The notes under the pieces were generated by a model that saw nothing but the letters and a program-made list of their open reading frames with translations, made no database searches and was not told the origin of the DNA. DNA of 64,000 nt from positions 434,001-498,000 of the forward strand of contig CP089281.1 in NCBI GenBank assembly GCA_023920165.1, written 5' to 3'. The position numbers and the translations under genes are program-made. The stretch comes from Curvularia clavata. Taxonomy: Eukaryota. Of this stretch, positions 1 to 12,489 are shown piece after piece; within the stretch, counting starts at the first letter, position 1; each line of letters starts with the position of its first letter.

Positions 1-1517
1 CTTGAATCTAAAAGTTGAGTTTATATTTTTAAAGCTTTCATTAATTTTTCAACATCTCTAATATAGTTTTTAAATAGTTTTTTTAGAATGTCCTAGTATA
101 TTATCTGGTTATACTATTTTAAATATTCTAATGTATTTATAAACAGTATGATTAATAGCTAATTAAAAGATTACTAGTATATTTATAAGTCTAAATAGTA
201 TAACTATATATTTATATATTTTATATTCTATTTTAAATATCATTTTCTATTTATTACTTTTTTTAATGTAGATTTAGTAAAATCCTTTTTTGAAAATTAA
301 CCTTTATAAACTATTTAGTTTTTTACAGTTAATCTATAAGTTCTATCATAGATAGTAATAAATATCTATTCTACTAAATAACTATATTAAATCTTCTATA
401 ACTAATATATAGCTACTATTCATTTTTAGCTTTTTTTATCAATAGTATTAGTAAGACTATTAGTTTATAGTCTAGTTATACAGATTCTTTTATCAGATTT
501 TTAAGAAACTTTTTTAAATTTAGCGTTAAATTTAAATAATATTAATTATATTTTTTCTAAAATTAGTTTAATACGCTCTTCTAATATGATTTTTTAATTC
601 TATTTCTAGTATTTAGCTAGATCTATAACTTTATTTTTTTATAGAGTCATTTAAACTTACTTATCTAATACTCTTTGAATATCTTCAATAGTAAAAGTTT
701 ACCTTTCTTAAATATAATTTTTCTTATCTATATAACTTTTACTTACTAAAAACTTTTTATATAGATTTTCGCGATTTATATAGTAAGATTTTACTCAATC
801 TCTTCTTCTAAGATCAGCTTAGATTTATTAGGTACATCTTGTATTATACTCTAGTAACTTGATATATAAATTTATAACTAGATATATTTTTTTTTTACTA
901 ATTAATAGTAGTGTCATAAATATTCATCTAATTATACTCTATTAGTATATAAGTATCTTTTACATGTATAATACTAATATTGATATAGCTTTCTATAACT
1001 ATTATGTTAAGTAGTACCAGTTCAATTTTAAATATAATTATACTATTTCTATAAACTATAAATCTAGTTTTAGCTATTACTATTTATAATAGAATTTATT
1101 CATTCTAGTATAATATCTTATATTATTTATTAGCTTATAGTAAAATTACTATTCATACACCTCTACTATCTATAGATATTATTATATTATAACTTTACAC
1201 TGATATAATTATTTTTAATTTTATTTATTAATATTTAATGTCTTATACTTTGCTAAAAGTCATTTCAAAACTACTTTTACTAGCGTAATCTAGTCTTTAG
1301 TAGTATTCTAGTTTTTCTACTTAGCTTTAAGCTTCTTTTTTTTTCTAAAAAAAGTAACTATCACTTTAGTATATATTTAAACAAGTTTTATAATTATTAT
1401 CTATATAAAAGACTAAGTATATATTTAATTCTAGATTCATTCTACTTAGCAGTTTTAGTAAATTAATTTTCTTTATTCTATATATTATATATTTGATTTT
1501 GAAGCATTTATTTATGA

Positions 1518-2713
1518 TTTATTTCTATTTTTATTTCTCATAACTGGCTCGTCTATAGCGATTGGCCAACATTAAAAAGAAGTCTTAAAATAAAGGTAGA
1601 CCACCCCTCAGCCTACTAAAATTTAAAAGTTTCAAAAAGGACTATATCTAAAAAGAAATTCGAACGCGAGGCCTTAAGTTTCTATACTTTTGGCTTTAGT
1701 ACTTTTAGCTTTATATATTAAATCTAAAATATAGAATAGATCTAAATTAGAATAATAATAATAACTCTAATAGATAGAAGTCTATTAGGCGGCTAATAAT
1801 AGATAGAGAAAATTCTAAAGTTATCGAACTATAGTTATAATAAGAATATATAGTATTAGAGTAGTGTATACTACCTATAAATATCTACTCTTCTACTTTT
1901 ATAAATTTAATCTCTAGTTTAACAAAATCTATTAATAGCATCGCATATTTAGCTTATTCTATCTTTTTTTTTTTAGTTTTCTTTAAATTTAGATTAACTA
2001 TATCTAATTTCTCTAAATAATAAATAGTCTCTATTACTCTCTCTTTAGACGTCTAGCCTACTCTCTATAAACTACTATTAAATAAAGTTGCTATAGAGCT
2101 ATAAAAGTAGCTCTTTAAATAGCTTAACTTTCTAGATATTACTATACCTAATAATAATAACTATATTCTATACTATATATACTAGATAGATATAATATAG
2201 CTATAATAGTTATAAGGCCGGAAAATTGCGCTTATTAATAGGTAAGACGTATTAAGAATTCATAACTTCAGCTACTAGTCAATTAAGAAGAATATAGTAA
2301 GGCTGCCTACTCTGGATATTTAGTTATAGCTAGAATACAATACCTATAAGATTAGAATGGCTATTATAGATAGATATATAGATATAGAGATAGCGTTATA
2401 GTATCTAAAGAGTGTAGCTTAGATAGATGCAACGCTCTATTTTATCTAGTTAAGACTACGCTAATTGGATAATGATATGGACACGGACGCGGAGGTAGAT
2501 ATCGATAGTGATAGTAATGATGATGGCGACGTAGATGGGGACAGCGATATAGAGATAGAGGATGTTAAGATGGTAGATGTAAAAGAGAGGTTAGACGATA
2601 TGCTGATATAGTATTGCAGAAGCTAGATCTAAACTGTATTCGTTAAGTTTAATTTAAATATAAAAAATAAAACCTAAAGTGTTTCTTAAAATGTTTCGCC
2701 AAAGGCCGAAGCC
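1518..2713 (+). mobile_element. Copy A of unclassified ~1.2-kb dispersed repeat
   Basis: Begins TTTCTATTTTTATTTCTCATAACTGGCTCG, ends AAAGGCCGAAGCC; colinear with 10852-12046 over its whole length, differing mostly by transitions. Confidence 0.85.
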
Positions 2714-2772
2714 GGAGTAAATTTACTTATAAGCTTATAGATATTTTTTTTTATAAATATTATAAACTAATA

Positions 2773-3160
2773 TTTATTTGTACTTTTATTTTCTACAATT
2801 AGCTCACCTATAGCGATTAGCCTAAAATATATATTTTACAAATAAGCGATAGACTACCCTTTAGTCTACTAAGAATTAAGAAGTGAAGATAAAGAACAGT
2901 ATCTAAGTAGGAATATAAACGCGATGCTCTTTAGACTCTAGACTTTAAATACTAAATATTTTAGATACTAAAAGCTATCTAGCTTTTATTTTAAAAAATT
3001 AGTACTAGTCTAGATAGAACTAAGCTATAAAATAATAATAACTATTCTATTATATATCTAATAATTGATAGTAAAATCTATATTTAATAAACTATAGTTA
3101 TGATAAAAATATATAGTATAAAGTAGTAGAATAGCTTATAGCTATTTATAAGTATTTTAT
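2773..3160 (+). repeat. 5' fragment of the same repeat family
   Basis: AATTAGCTCACCTATAGCGATTAGCC...GACTACCCTTTAGTCTACTAAG matches the family head; truncated where copy C starts; boundaries approximate. Confidence 0.7.
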
Positions 3161-3162
3161 AT

Positions 3163-4354
3163 TTATTTATTTCTATTTTTATTTGCTATAATTGGCTTGT
3201 CTATAGCGATTAGTCCAAAATATACATTAGATAAATAAGCGGCAGGCCGCCCCTCAGCCTACTAAAAATCAAAAAGTCAAAATAAAGAATACTGTCTAAG
3301 TAGAGATTCAAACGCGAGGCCCTTCAGGCTCTAGGCCTTAGGCACTAAACGCTATCTAGCTCTTATTTTAAAAAGTTAGTACTAGTCTAGATAGAACTAA
3401 GCTATAAAATAATAATAACTACCCTATTAGATATCTAACTATAGATAGTAAAATCTATCTTTAATAAACTATAGTTATAATAAAGATATAAAGCGTAAAA
3501 TAGTAGTATAGTATATAACTTCTAACTATAAATACTCTACTTTTATAAATTTGCTGTCTAGCTTAGCAACTTAGTTAATATTACTTTTCAACCAATTTCT
3601 ATCTACTACGTATTTAAAACCTTTAAAGTCTTTTTTATTAATTAGATATTATTTGTTAGCTTTTTTCATTATCTTCCTATTATATCTATTTTATCATGAT
3701 TGCTAAATCTTCTAGACTAATATTAAATATCTATCTATATTACTTTGATCTATATTCTTATCTATTTTAAACTATCTTCTTCTATAATAGCTATAGATCT
3801 ATAAAAATAGCTACTTATCTAGATCTAATATATTACTTTTTTTAATACTAGTATAGATTACTTTAAGTTTCTTTAGAAGTAATATAATATTTAAAATATT
3901 TAAATAAAAAAAATCGATAATAGTTATATAGTTTTAGTAAGTAGCTAGAAAGCTCTAAAAGTATATAAATTTAGCTAGAAATTAATTAGATAGATTAGAC
4001 TACTATCTAGCTTAAAGACTATAGAATAGATAGAGAGTAATATAGCTAATATTTAAAAAGCTATTACTACTTATATACTAACATCTAAATAGTAGACCTT
4101 TAGAAGTTATTTTTAGAATAACTTAAGTTAGTTTTAGATAGATATATTACTATATTTCGTCTAGATAGAGTTAAAGAAAGTAGAAGAAATAGAAGATATA
4201 GAGATAGAGAATATTAATATCGCCGCTATAAGGGAGAGAGTTGATAATATATCAATCTAGCTTTATAGACCTAGATAGATTATAACTATTAGTTTAAGAA
4301 TTAAAATATAATTTATAAAAAATATTACAGAATACTGTATAAAAGGCTGAAGCT
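3163..4354 (+). mobile_element. Copy C (divergent subfamily) of the ~1.2-kb repeat
   Basis: Head GGCTTGTCTATAGCGATTAGTCC...GGCAGGCCGCCCCTCAGCC; tail AAAAGGCTGAAGCT at 4341-4354. Confidence 0.75.
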
Positions 4355-4699
4355 AATATGTTTAATATGTATAAATTTAGTTTTTAGTCTAGTAAATCTA
4401 TTAATATTACTTTCTTTTTAATTTCTATTTCTTATATAACTAATAACCTTTTTTGAAATTATAATCTAACTATATTATTATACTTTACTAATATATCTAA
4501 GTAGTAAAAAATTATATTTATCTTTATTCTAAATACTATATTTACTTTTTGTAATAAGATAAATATTAATATTTTTTGAAATTTCTAGAAATAGCGTTCT
4601 AACTAGCTAAAGTATCTTAGCTATCTATTAGCTAAAAACTACTTTTTCTTTATTTAAAAAGTACTAAATTTATAAGATTTAACTATATAAAATGTTAAT

Positions 4700-6983
4700 A
4701 TTCTATACTATCTTTATTGATAGCTATAAAATTGTTTAACTATTTAAATTTACGTTTAATTTCATCTACAAGATCTAAAAGAAAATAGCTTAATTAAACT
4801 ATCTATAACTAGCTTGATAATAATATAAATGATGTTTAATAGACTATTGTAGTTTAAATATTAATTTCAAAGTAATATAAACTCAAAGTAAAACTTTAGT
4901 CTAAGAAAAGTTAATATCAGATAGAAGTATTATTATATTTTATTAGAGTAAAGTTAGAGATAGTAGAAATTAAGAAGGTAGAGATAAAAAATATCAATAT
5001 CGCTAATATAAAAAAGAAAGTTAAATATATATTAATCTAGTTTTATAGAGCTAGATAACGTGGTTCACAAGCGAGCGGCTCACCCAACCGAGCGGCTCAC
5101 GTCCCACCAGCGCGCCGACGTTGACACTACAACGCGTTATGTCTCAGCAACGCGATAATCAATTAACTTATTCTAAATTAGATCTTTAACTTGCTCTTTT
5201 TAATATCTAATTATAACGTGTTTAAAGCTAAAGATGTACTGTCTCTATCTATAACGTACCTTAAAGAACTTTATCTTACTAATGCGCTAGAAGACGCTCT
5301 TAACGCGACTATAAACCGAATTTAAAGCGTCTAAATAAGCTAGAAGAGGAGGCTATAGTTGAGCGTATTCTTAAAAAGTCTGCGTGAGGATTTGCGTTTA
5401 TAAAGGCTAACGTTTAAGTAATAGCTAATAAATTATTATATAAGTAGGAGAGTAATCTTACTAGTAAAAACTAGATTAATAACTTTATTAAGTAAACTTC
5501 TAAGATCTATATGTGCTAGAGCCGTCTCTATACTTACTAGCGAGTCGCCTATAAGAATCTAGTAGCTATCTAACGCTAGTTTAATTTAGTCTAGGCGATA
5601 AAGTAGAAGTAGAGTATTATAGACGACGATATCTATAACTTTAATAAGACTAGCTTTATAATAGATAAGATTTTATTATAGTTAGTTATTATAGGCTTAG
5701 AAGAATATAGTAAAAAGAAGTAGATATAGTTAGATAACTATAAGTAGGTTACTGCGATTTAAGACGTAGGCGCGTCAGGTCGCTAGATACTACCTTTTAT
5801 TATCTTTATAGGTAAAGTACTTATTAACATCTAGTTTGAAAATTTGCTTGCTAACTAGATTCTTAAAGTTAGTTCTAATAGCTAGATAAATAATTAGCTT
5901 AGTATTATTTAGCTAGAGCACTTTAATATCTATACAAAGAGGTATACTATAGGTAGATATTAACTACTAATTATTAACGGCTATAAGAGCTACTACTCCG
6001 TTGAATTTTAAAATCTTTATAAAGAGAAAAATATCGTTCTTCTCTATATATCTGCGCACTCGTCTTACCTATTACAGCCTCTTAATATCGCCTACTTCCT
6101 ACTGTTAAAGCGCAAATATGGCGATACTATTTTAGGTTTAGCACGTAATTATACTAACTATATTAATAAGAAGACTTTCCTACTAGCCTTTAAAGTAACT
6201 TTTAAGTAGTCTATTATAAAGAAGAATATCTAAGCTAGCTTTAGAGGCGCTAGTCTAGTTCTATATAATCTATAGGCTATGCTATTAAAGCTTAATATAG
6301 TGGTGCAGACACCATATTAATTACTGTGATAGACAGCCGTCTAAGAGGTGTAGACACCACGTAACGCGCGCGAGATTAAGACTTAAATTAGTCTTATTTA
6401 ATAGAGCGTAAGAAATTACTATAGGTCTTCTACTAATTCACTTACTAAATAGATCGCGCAGTTAAATAAAAAGACTTAGCAGATAGTATATAAGATAGTG
6501 CTTCTAATAGAAAAAATTACTACTCTTTAAACAGTTCTTAATAAGTTAAATAAGTGTAAGAGCTATAAGCAGCAATATATATAGATAGAAAAGACTCTTA
6601 CTATAGATAAAGTTTAAAAAGTATTAGTTAAATAGATAGGTAGTAGTCGTGGCGACGGTAAAAGTGCGTTAAAGAGGGTGCGAGAAGAGAGGTAGTATGG
6701 GCGTTATAAGTAGACTAGACATAATACTTATATCTATATAGTTAAGATAGATAGTATAAATAATAGCAGCAATTCTAATAATTAAATTAGTATATTATAA
6801 TAGTTTATTAACTATAATAAAAGACCGTAATAACGTATCGACGTTGGCGCGCTGGTAGGGCGTGAGCCGCTCGGTTGGGTAAGCCGCTCGCTTGTGAACC
6901 ACGTTATACTATAACTATTAGTTTGAAAATTGAAATATAATTTATAAAATATTCTATAAATTGTTCTATAAAAGGCTGAAGCT
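4700..6983 (+). mobile_element. Copy D (3' part) of the repeat family, interrupted by the pogo element
   Basis: Joining 5057 to 6907 restores TATAGAGCTAGATA..TATAACTATTAGTTT as in copy C (4262-4295); ends AAAGGCTGAAGCT at 6971-6983; left boundary approximate. Confidence 0.7.
5058..6904 (+). mobile_element. Fot1/pogo-family (Tc1-mariner superfamily) DNA transposon, full length (1847 bp), RIP-inactivated
   Basis: ~70-bp TIRs starting ACGTGGTTCACAAGCGAGCGGCT; TA duplication at 5056-57 and 6905-06; RIP-mutated DDD motifs IYNFNKTSF (from FDETGF, ~5632-5658), IINGYKSY (from DGHxSH, ~5971), HSSYLLQPLNI (from HSSHLLQPLD, ~6057), degenerate C-terminal CCHC ~6697. Confidence 0.95.
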
Positions 6984-8229
6984 AACTATTATAGTATATA
7001 AGTCTATTTCCTATATTTCTTATACATCTATTTTTTATACTATTTATAGAGATATATTATTATATTTAAATCTAGTCTATAGTTACTCAAATTTAGCTAT
7101 ATATATATATATGCTAATCTTTTCTATATGAGATAAGTAATTACTTTTTCTATTTAGTTCTAGATATCTACTTTTCTAAAAACATATCTTATTTCTTTTT
7201 TAAAGCTAGTTTTACAAGTAATTATTATTTTAGTTTTTTTTTTCTGTTCTATTTTATATCTCTTATAGAGTTATCTATATCAAACTATATTTAGTTTGCT
7301 ATTTCATCTTTTATATATATACTAGCTATAAAAATTTGATTTCATTCTTTTTCAATCTTATTAAATTTATAGTATAAGTTAATACTAGTAAGAAATATTT
7401 ATAATTTTATATGGTCTCTATTACACTTTGTAAAAATAACTATTTTCAATTTGTTAATAGATTTCTGTTTATTTAAAATAGCTTTTAGCTAATTTATAAG
7501 CAAATTTGTAATATTTTATGTAGTAGTATTTTATTATATATAAGCTGTAGCGTTTTATCTAAAATTCTATAGCTTTTATGTATCTAAATGAGGTTATAGT
7601 TAATTTTAAAAAGTATTTAGTTTTTTTATACTACTCTAATCTAGTATCTTATTATTAATTATTAGTTAGCTTACTAGTTTAGAGATTGAAACTAGTTTTC
7701 TAGTATTAGTTCAAAACTACAAGTAATTATATAATATCTTATATCTTATTTAGATAATCTATTAGTTAAACTTCTCTGTAGAATTTAGTACTAGTTTAAA
7801 TGTTATACTAAGTTAAGCTATATTTCTCTAGTATTTATTTTTAATCAGAGTAAATTAGTAGAATCGTAATAAATAGTATAATTACTAAGTAATTTTAACA
7901 AAAAAGAGTTATAGAAATATAACTAACAGTAAAAGTAATCAATTCTAATTAAAACTAAATAATAAAATATTAATCTTATTGAGTAAAGAAAGTTATAGAA
8001 AGGTATAGTATATATTAACTATAATAAATATAATAATCAAATCTATTCTATTTTTATATCTATTATTTCTACTTCTACTATTCTATCTATCTTACTTATA
8101 TAAAATAGTTAAAGTAGTATTACTATTTTTTTATATACTACTATTTTAGATAGTTAGCTTTAGTGAAATAGTATACTATATAACTACTACTCTATAGCTT
8201 TAGTACTAAAATAATATTATTCTAGGTAA

Positions 8230-10560
8230 TTTCCTTTCTTCTATAGAGGCTTAATCTTTTAGCTTATCATTTTTAATATAGAAGCTATAAAGCTATAAAT
8301 AGATAATCTAAGTAAATCTAATACGTAGAATTCAATATAAAGGCTACCTATTAAGAATAATATTATAAAAAGCTGCTAGATTTAAAATGAAAGGCTAAAT
8401 TTAGATAATACTATTAAAAGATATGACACTAGATAGGTTATAGAAACATTTTTGAAATAATATGATATAAATTATAAAGAAATCTTTATGTATTCTGATA
8501 AATTTAGTATTATTAGATTAGCATTATCTATATTCTGCTATTGAGATTAGGAAATATTTACTTAAAATATAAAATAAGCTTTTTCTAATATAGGATGATA
8601 TGATAAGATTTTACTAGCCTAACTACTGATTAGATTAGAAGTATATATTTCGACATATGCTTTAAAAACTATAATAAATAAAGCTTCAATCAAATATATT
8701 CAAGATATAATAATTATAAAACACTATAATAATATAGTCTATGGACTGAATAAAGCTTCGTTTAGATTGAAGCAAGTATCTAGATATTAATAATCATTTC
8801 TAGCAAATCTACTAAAATAACTAGATTTTCGTTTACTAAAAATAGGTAACAGTACTTATATCTATAATCAAAAGCTGATTATTCTAGCTATCTACGTAGA
8901 TGATATATTAATATTTGATAAATTTATAAATCTATTAGATAATTTATATATAGAAATATCTAATATTTCTAAATTCAAGATAACTAATGTAATAGAAATT
9001 AAAGAATTTCTTAGTATAGAAATTGTTAGGGATATAGTAAGTAAATCTATTATAATTACTTGATATAGCTTTATAAATAAAATAATATCTAAATATATTA
9101 AGCTACTAAATAAGCTAAAATCTATATCCATAGCTGTAGTCTTGTATAAAATATTTAAAGAAATAGTTTAAATATTATTTTTTATATTGAAATTAACTTT
9201 GATAAATATGATTTAGATCTAGCTTTTGTAATACTATATTAGTATATAATCTAATTTCTTTTTTATATTTATTATTTCAATATCTTCTATTTTAAATTAC
9301 TATTTTTATCTATATTATCATTATCATTATTACTATCACTATTTATATCTACTTCTCTATGCATATATATATTATCATCTATTTAGTATAGTCTTAATTA
9401 GATAGGATAAAGTATTATATCTATCTGATTATTATGTTTTACATACTATAATATTATTTCTATATTTCTATATCTATTTATAATAATTTTTCTAATTAAA
9501 TAAATTTTACATTCTAGTTATAACTGAATATCTAAAGTCAATGATATTACTTTATTTTTTTTGATTGACTAGTAGCTAAAATTATAAATTCTTAATATTT
9601 TTTATCTATTAATAAATATAAAATTTTAGTCTTATAACTATTATAGCTATATTATATTTATATACATAGTATAAATAGTATAGAATATAGTTATTATCAT
9701 TAGATATTCTTATATCTAAAAAGTCAAACCATTTAAAAAGCTACTTCTGTAGCTCTATAGTAACTTTACTTAAAAGTAGTTTATATAAAATAAATCAAGT
9801 ATCTAAAAAAAGATCTTAGGAACTATATATTATCTAGAGAGATTAGATATAATTTAAAAAAAAGACTGAAAAAGGAGCTAGAATAAGCTATATATTTAAT
9901 ATTATTAACAGATTTCATCAAGCTTTTAATGAAATTTATAAGAGAAAAAAATTCATAGATAGTATATATTATTCTAATATTATATATTTTGATTATTATC
10001 ATACTTTAATAATCTTAGAGTTTTTTCTATTTATTATTAGCTTTCTAATAGACTTCTATTTCTTTAGAGTAATTATAATTAATCTTATTTAGATCTATAT
10101 TATATTTTAGATTTAATATATAAATTCAAAAATATACAACTCTAAAATATAAAAATTAAAAACTTTATATTTCAATTTTCTTCTAAATTTAATGCTTTTT
10201 TCAATTTTTAAATTTTAGTAAACTAAAAGGCGGCCTTCCTTTATTTTAAGACTAGTTTGTAATATTAGCTAATTACTATAGGCAAGCTAGTTGATAGAAA
10301 TAAAACTAGAAATAAATATATCTATAGCTATAGGCATAAAACTAGCAAAAAAGTAAGAAAGAGTTAATATTAAATAAACTGAAGATTTTGAAAAAAAAAT
10401 GAGTAGTTTAATATATTCATCTATATTTACTTAGCTGGATCTAGTATTTAGTGTGGATTATTTAGCTAGATATATAAGTAATCTTAGCTTAGAGTATCAT
10501 AAATAACTAAATAATATATTTAGCTATTTATCAAAAAGGAAAACCAAATATTAAATTTAA
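8230..10560 (+). mobile_element. Ty1/Copia retrotransposon reverse-transcriptase remnant, split by an insertion
   Basis: LNKASFRLKQ (from LxKALYGLKQ, ~8746), IILAIYVDDIL (YVDD 8893-8904), EFLSIEI (~9004); resumes after 10317 with a PDLxFSVxYLARYxSN-like motif (~10430-10485); many RIP stops; boundaries approximate. Confidence 0.85.
9140..10316 (-). mobile_element. Copy E of the ~1.2-kb repeat inserted in the Copia RT
   Basis: Reverse-complement match to family tail (9140-9260) and head (10200-10316, AAAAGGCGGCCTTCC...GGCAAGCTAG); flanked by 17-bp near-direct repeat. Confidence 0.8.
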
Positions 10561-10596
10561 TATAATGATTTAAATCTCAATAATATGTAATTAATT

Positions 10597-12484
10597 GGCT
10601 TCGGCCTTTTATAGAATATTTCATAAAAAGATTTATAAATTATATTTTATTTTTAAACTAATAGTTATAGTATATCTAGCTCTATAAAGGTAGATTAATA
10701 TATTATTAACTTCTTCTATCATATTAGCGATGTTAATATTTTTTATTTCTATTTTTTTAACTTCTACTATCTCCAACTCTACTCTAATAAGATATAATAA
10801 TATCTCTATCTAATCTTAACTTTTTTGAAACTAAAGTTTTACTTTAAATTTATTTATTTCTATTTTTGTTTTTTATAACTGGCTCGCCTGTGGTAATTGG
10901 CCAATATTAAAAAGTAGTCTTAAAATAAAGGCAGGCCGCCCCTCAGCCCACCAAAATTTAAAAATTCAAAAAAGGACTATATCTAAGGGGGGATTCAAAC
11001 GCAAAGCTTTAAGCTTCTATATTTTAGACTCTAGTACCTTTAGCTTTATATATTAAATCTAAAATATAGTATAGATCTAAATTAGAATAACAATAATAAC
11101 TCTAATAAATAGAAGTCTATTAAACAGCTAATAATAGATAGAGAAAACCCTAAAATTATTAAACTATAGTTATAATAAGGACATATAGTATTAGAGTAGC
11201 ATATACTATTTATAAATACCTACTCTTCTGCTCTTATAAATTTAATCTCTAGCTTAGTAAAATCTATCGATAGTATTATATACTTAGCTTATTTTATCTC
11301 TTTCTTTAGTCTTCTTTAAATTTAGATTAACTATATCTAATCTCTCTAAATAATAAATAGTCTCTATTACTCTCTCTTTAGACGTCTAGCCTACTCTCTA
11401 TAAACTACTCTTAATTAAAGTTGCTATAGAGCTATAGAAGTAGCTCTTTAAATAGCTTAACTTTCTAGATATAACTATACCTAATAATAATAACTATATT
11501 CTATACTATATATACTAGATAGATATAATATAACTATAATAGTTATAAGACTAGAAGATTACGCTCATTAATAGATAAAACGCATTAAGAATTTACGACT
11601 TTAGCTACTAGTTAATTAAGAAGAATACAGTAAAACTACTTACTTTAGATATTTAGTTATAGCTAGAATATAATACCTATAAAATCAGGAAGACTATTGT
11701 AGATAAGTATATAAATATAGAGGCAGCGTTATAGCATCTAAAAAGTATAGCTTAGATAGATACAACGCTCTATTTTATCTAGTTAAAACTACGCTAGTTA
11801 GACGACGATACAGACACAGACGCGGAGGTAGACATAGATAGTGATAGCAACAACGATAGTAACGTAGATAGAGACGGCGATATAGAGATAGAGGATATTT
11901 AGATAGTAGACGTAAGGAAGAGGTTGGACAACATGCTAATATAGCGTTGCAGAGGCTAGATCTAAACTATATTTATTAAGTTTAATTTAAATATAAAAAA
12001 TAAAACCTAAAGTGTTTCTCAAAATGTTTCGCAAAAGGCCGAAGCCGTAGCTGAATATATAATACTATTAATAAATTTCACTAAGCTAGAGATTAAATTT
12101 ATAAAGATAGCAAAGTAAATATTTATAAATAGTATATACTATTTTAATACTATTTATTATTATTATTCTTATAATTTAATAATTTTAAATTTTCTTTATC
12201 TATTATTAGCTATCCAATAAGCTTCTATTTATTAGATCTATTATTATTATTCTAATTTAAATCTATACTATATCTTAGATTGAACATATAAAACTAAAAA
12301 ATACTCAAGTTTACAATATAGAAGTCTAAAGTCTTAAATTTAAATCCTCTTTTAGATATAGTCTTTTTTTAAAATTTTCAATTTCAGTAGACTAAAAGTC
12401 GGTCTATCTTTATTCTAAGACACCTTTTCATATTAGCTAATTACTACAGACGAGACAGTTATAAGAAATAAAAACCGAAATGAG
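10597..12484 (-). mobile_element. Copy F of the repeat family (minus strand), split by copy B
   Basis: GGCTTCGGCCTTTT at 10597-10610 is the reverse tail; 12047-12484 is the reverse of the family 5' third. Confidence 0.7.
10852..12046 (+). mobile_element. Copy B of the ~1.2-kb repeat (close to copy A)
   Basis: CTGGCTCGCCTGTGGTAATTGGCC...GGCAGGCCGCCCCTCAGCCCACC head; tail AAAAGGCCGAAGCC 12033-12046. Confidence 0.85.
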
Positions 12485-12489
12485 TACTA

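Noticed and set aside
1..1500. Possible LINE ORF1/gag remnant on the minus strand
   Set aside because: Too degraded to support a specific call by eye
2690..2713. Hammerhead ribozyme (AAAGGCCGAA resembles a common stem II)
   Set aside because: No CTGATGA core or GAAA in the required arrangement
7000..7900. Possible second transposase remnant
   Set aside because: No unambiguous motif or termini recovered
8892..9131. 79-aa minus-strand ORF in the AT block (possible effector)
   Set aside because: It is the antisense of the RIPed Copia RT; Ile/Leu-rich composition is an AT artefact
10597..12046. Apparent TIR element bounded by GGCTTCGGCCTTTT ... AAAAGGCCGAAGCC
   Set aside because: Better explained as copy B inserted in an opposite-strand copy, since family sequence continues past 12046
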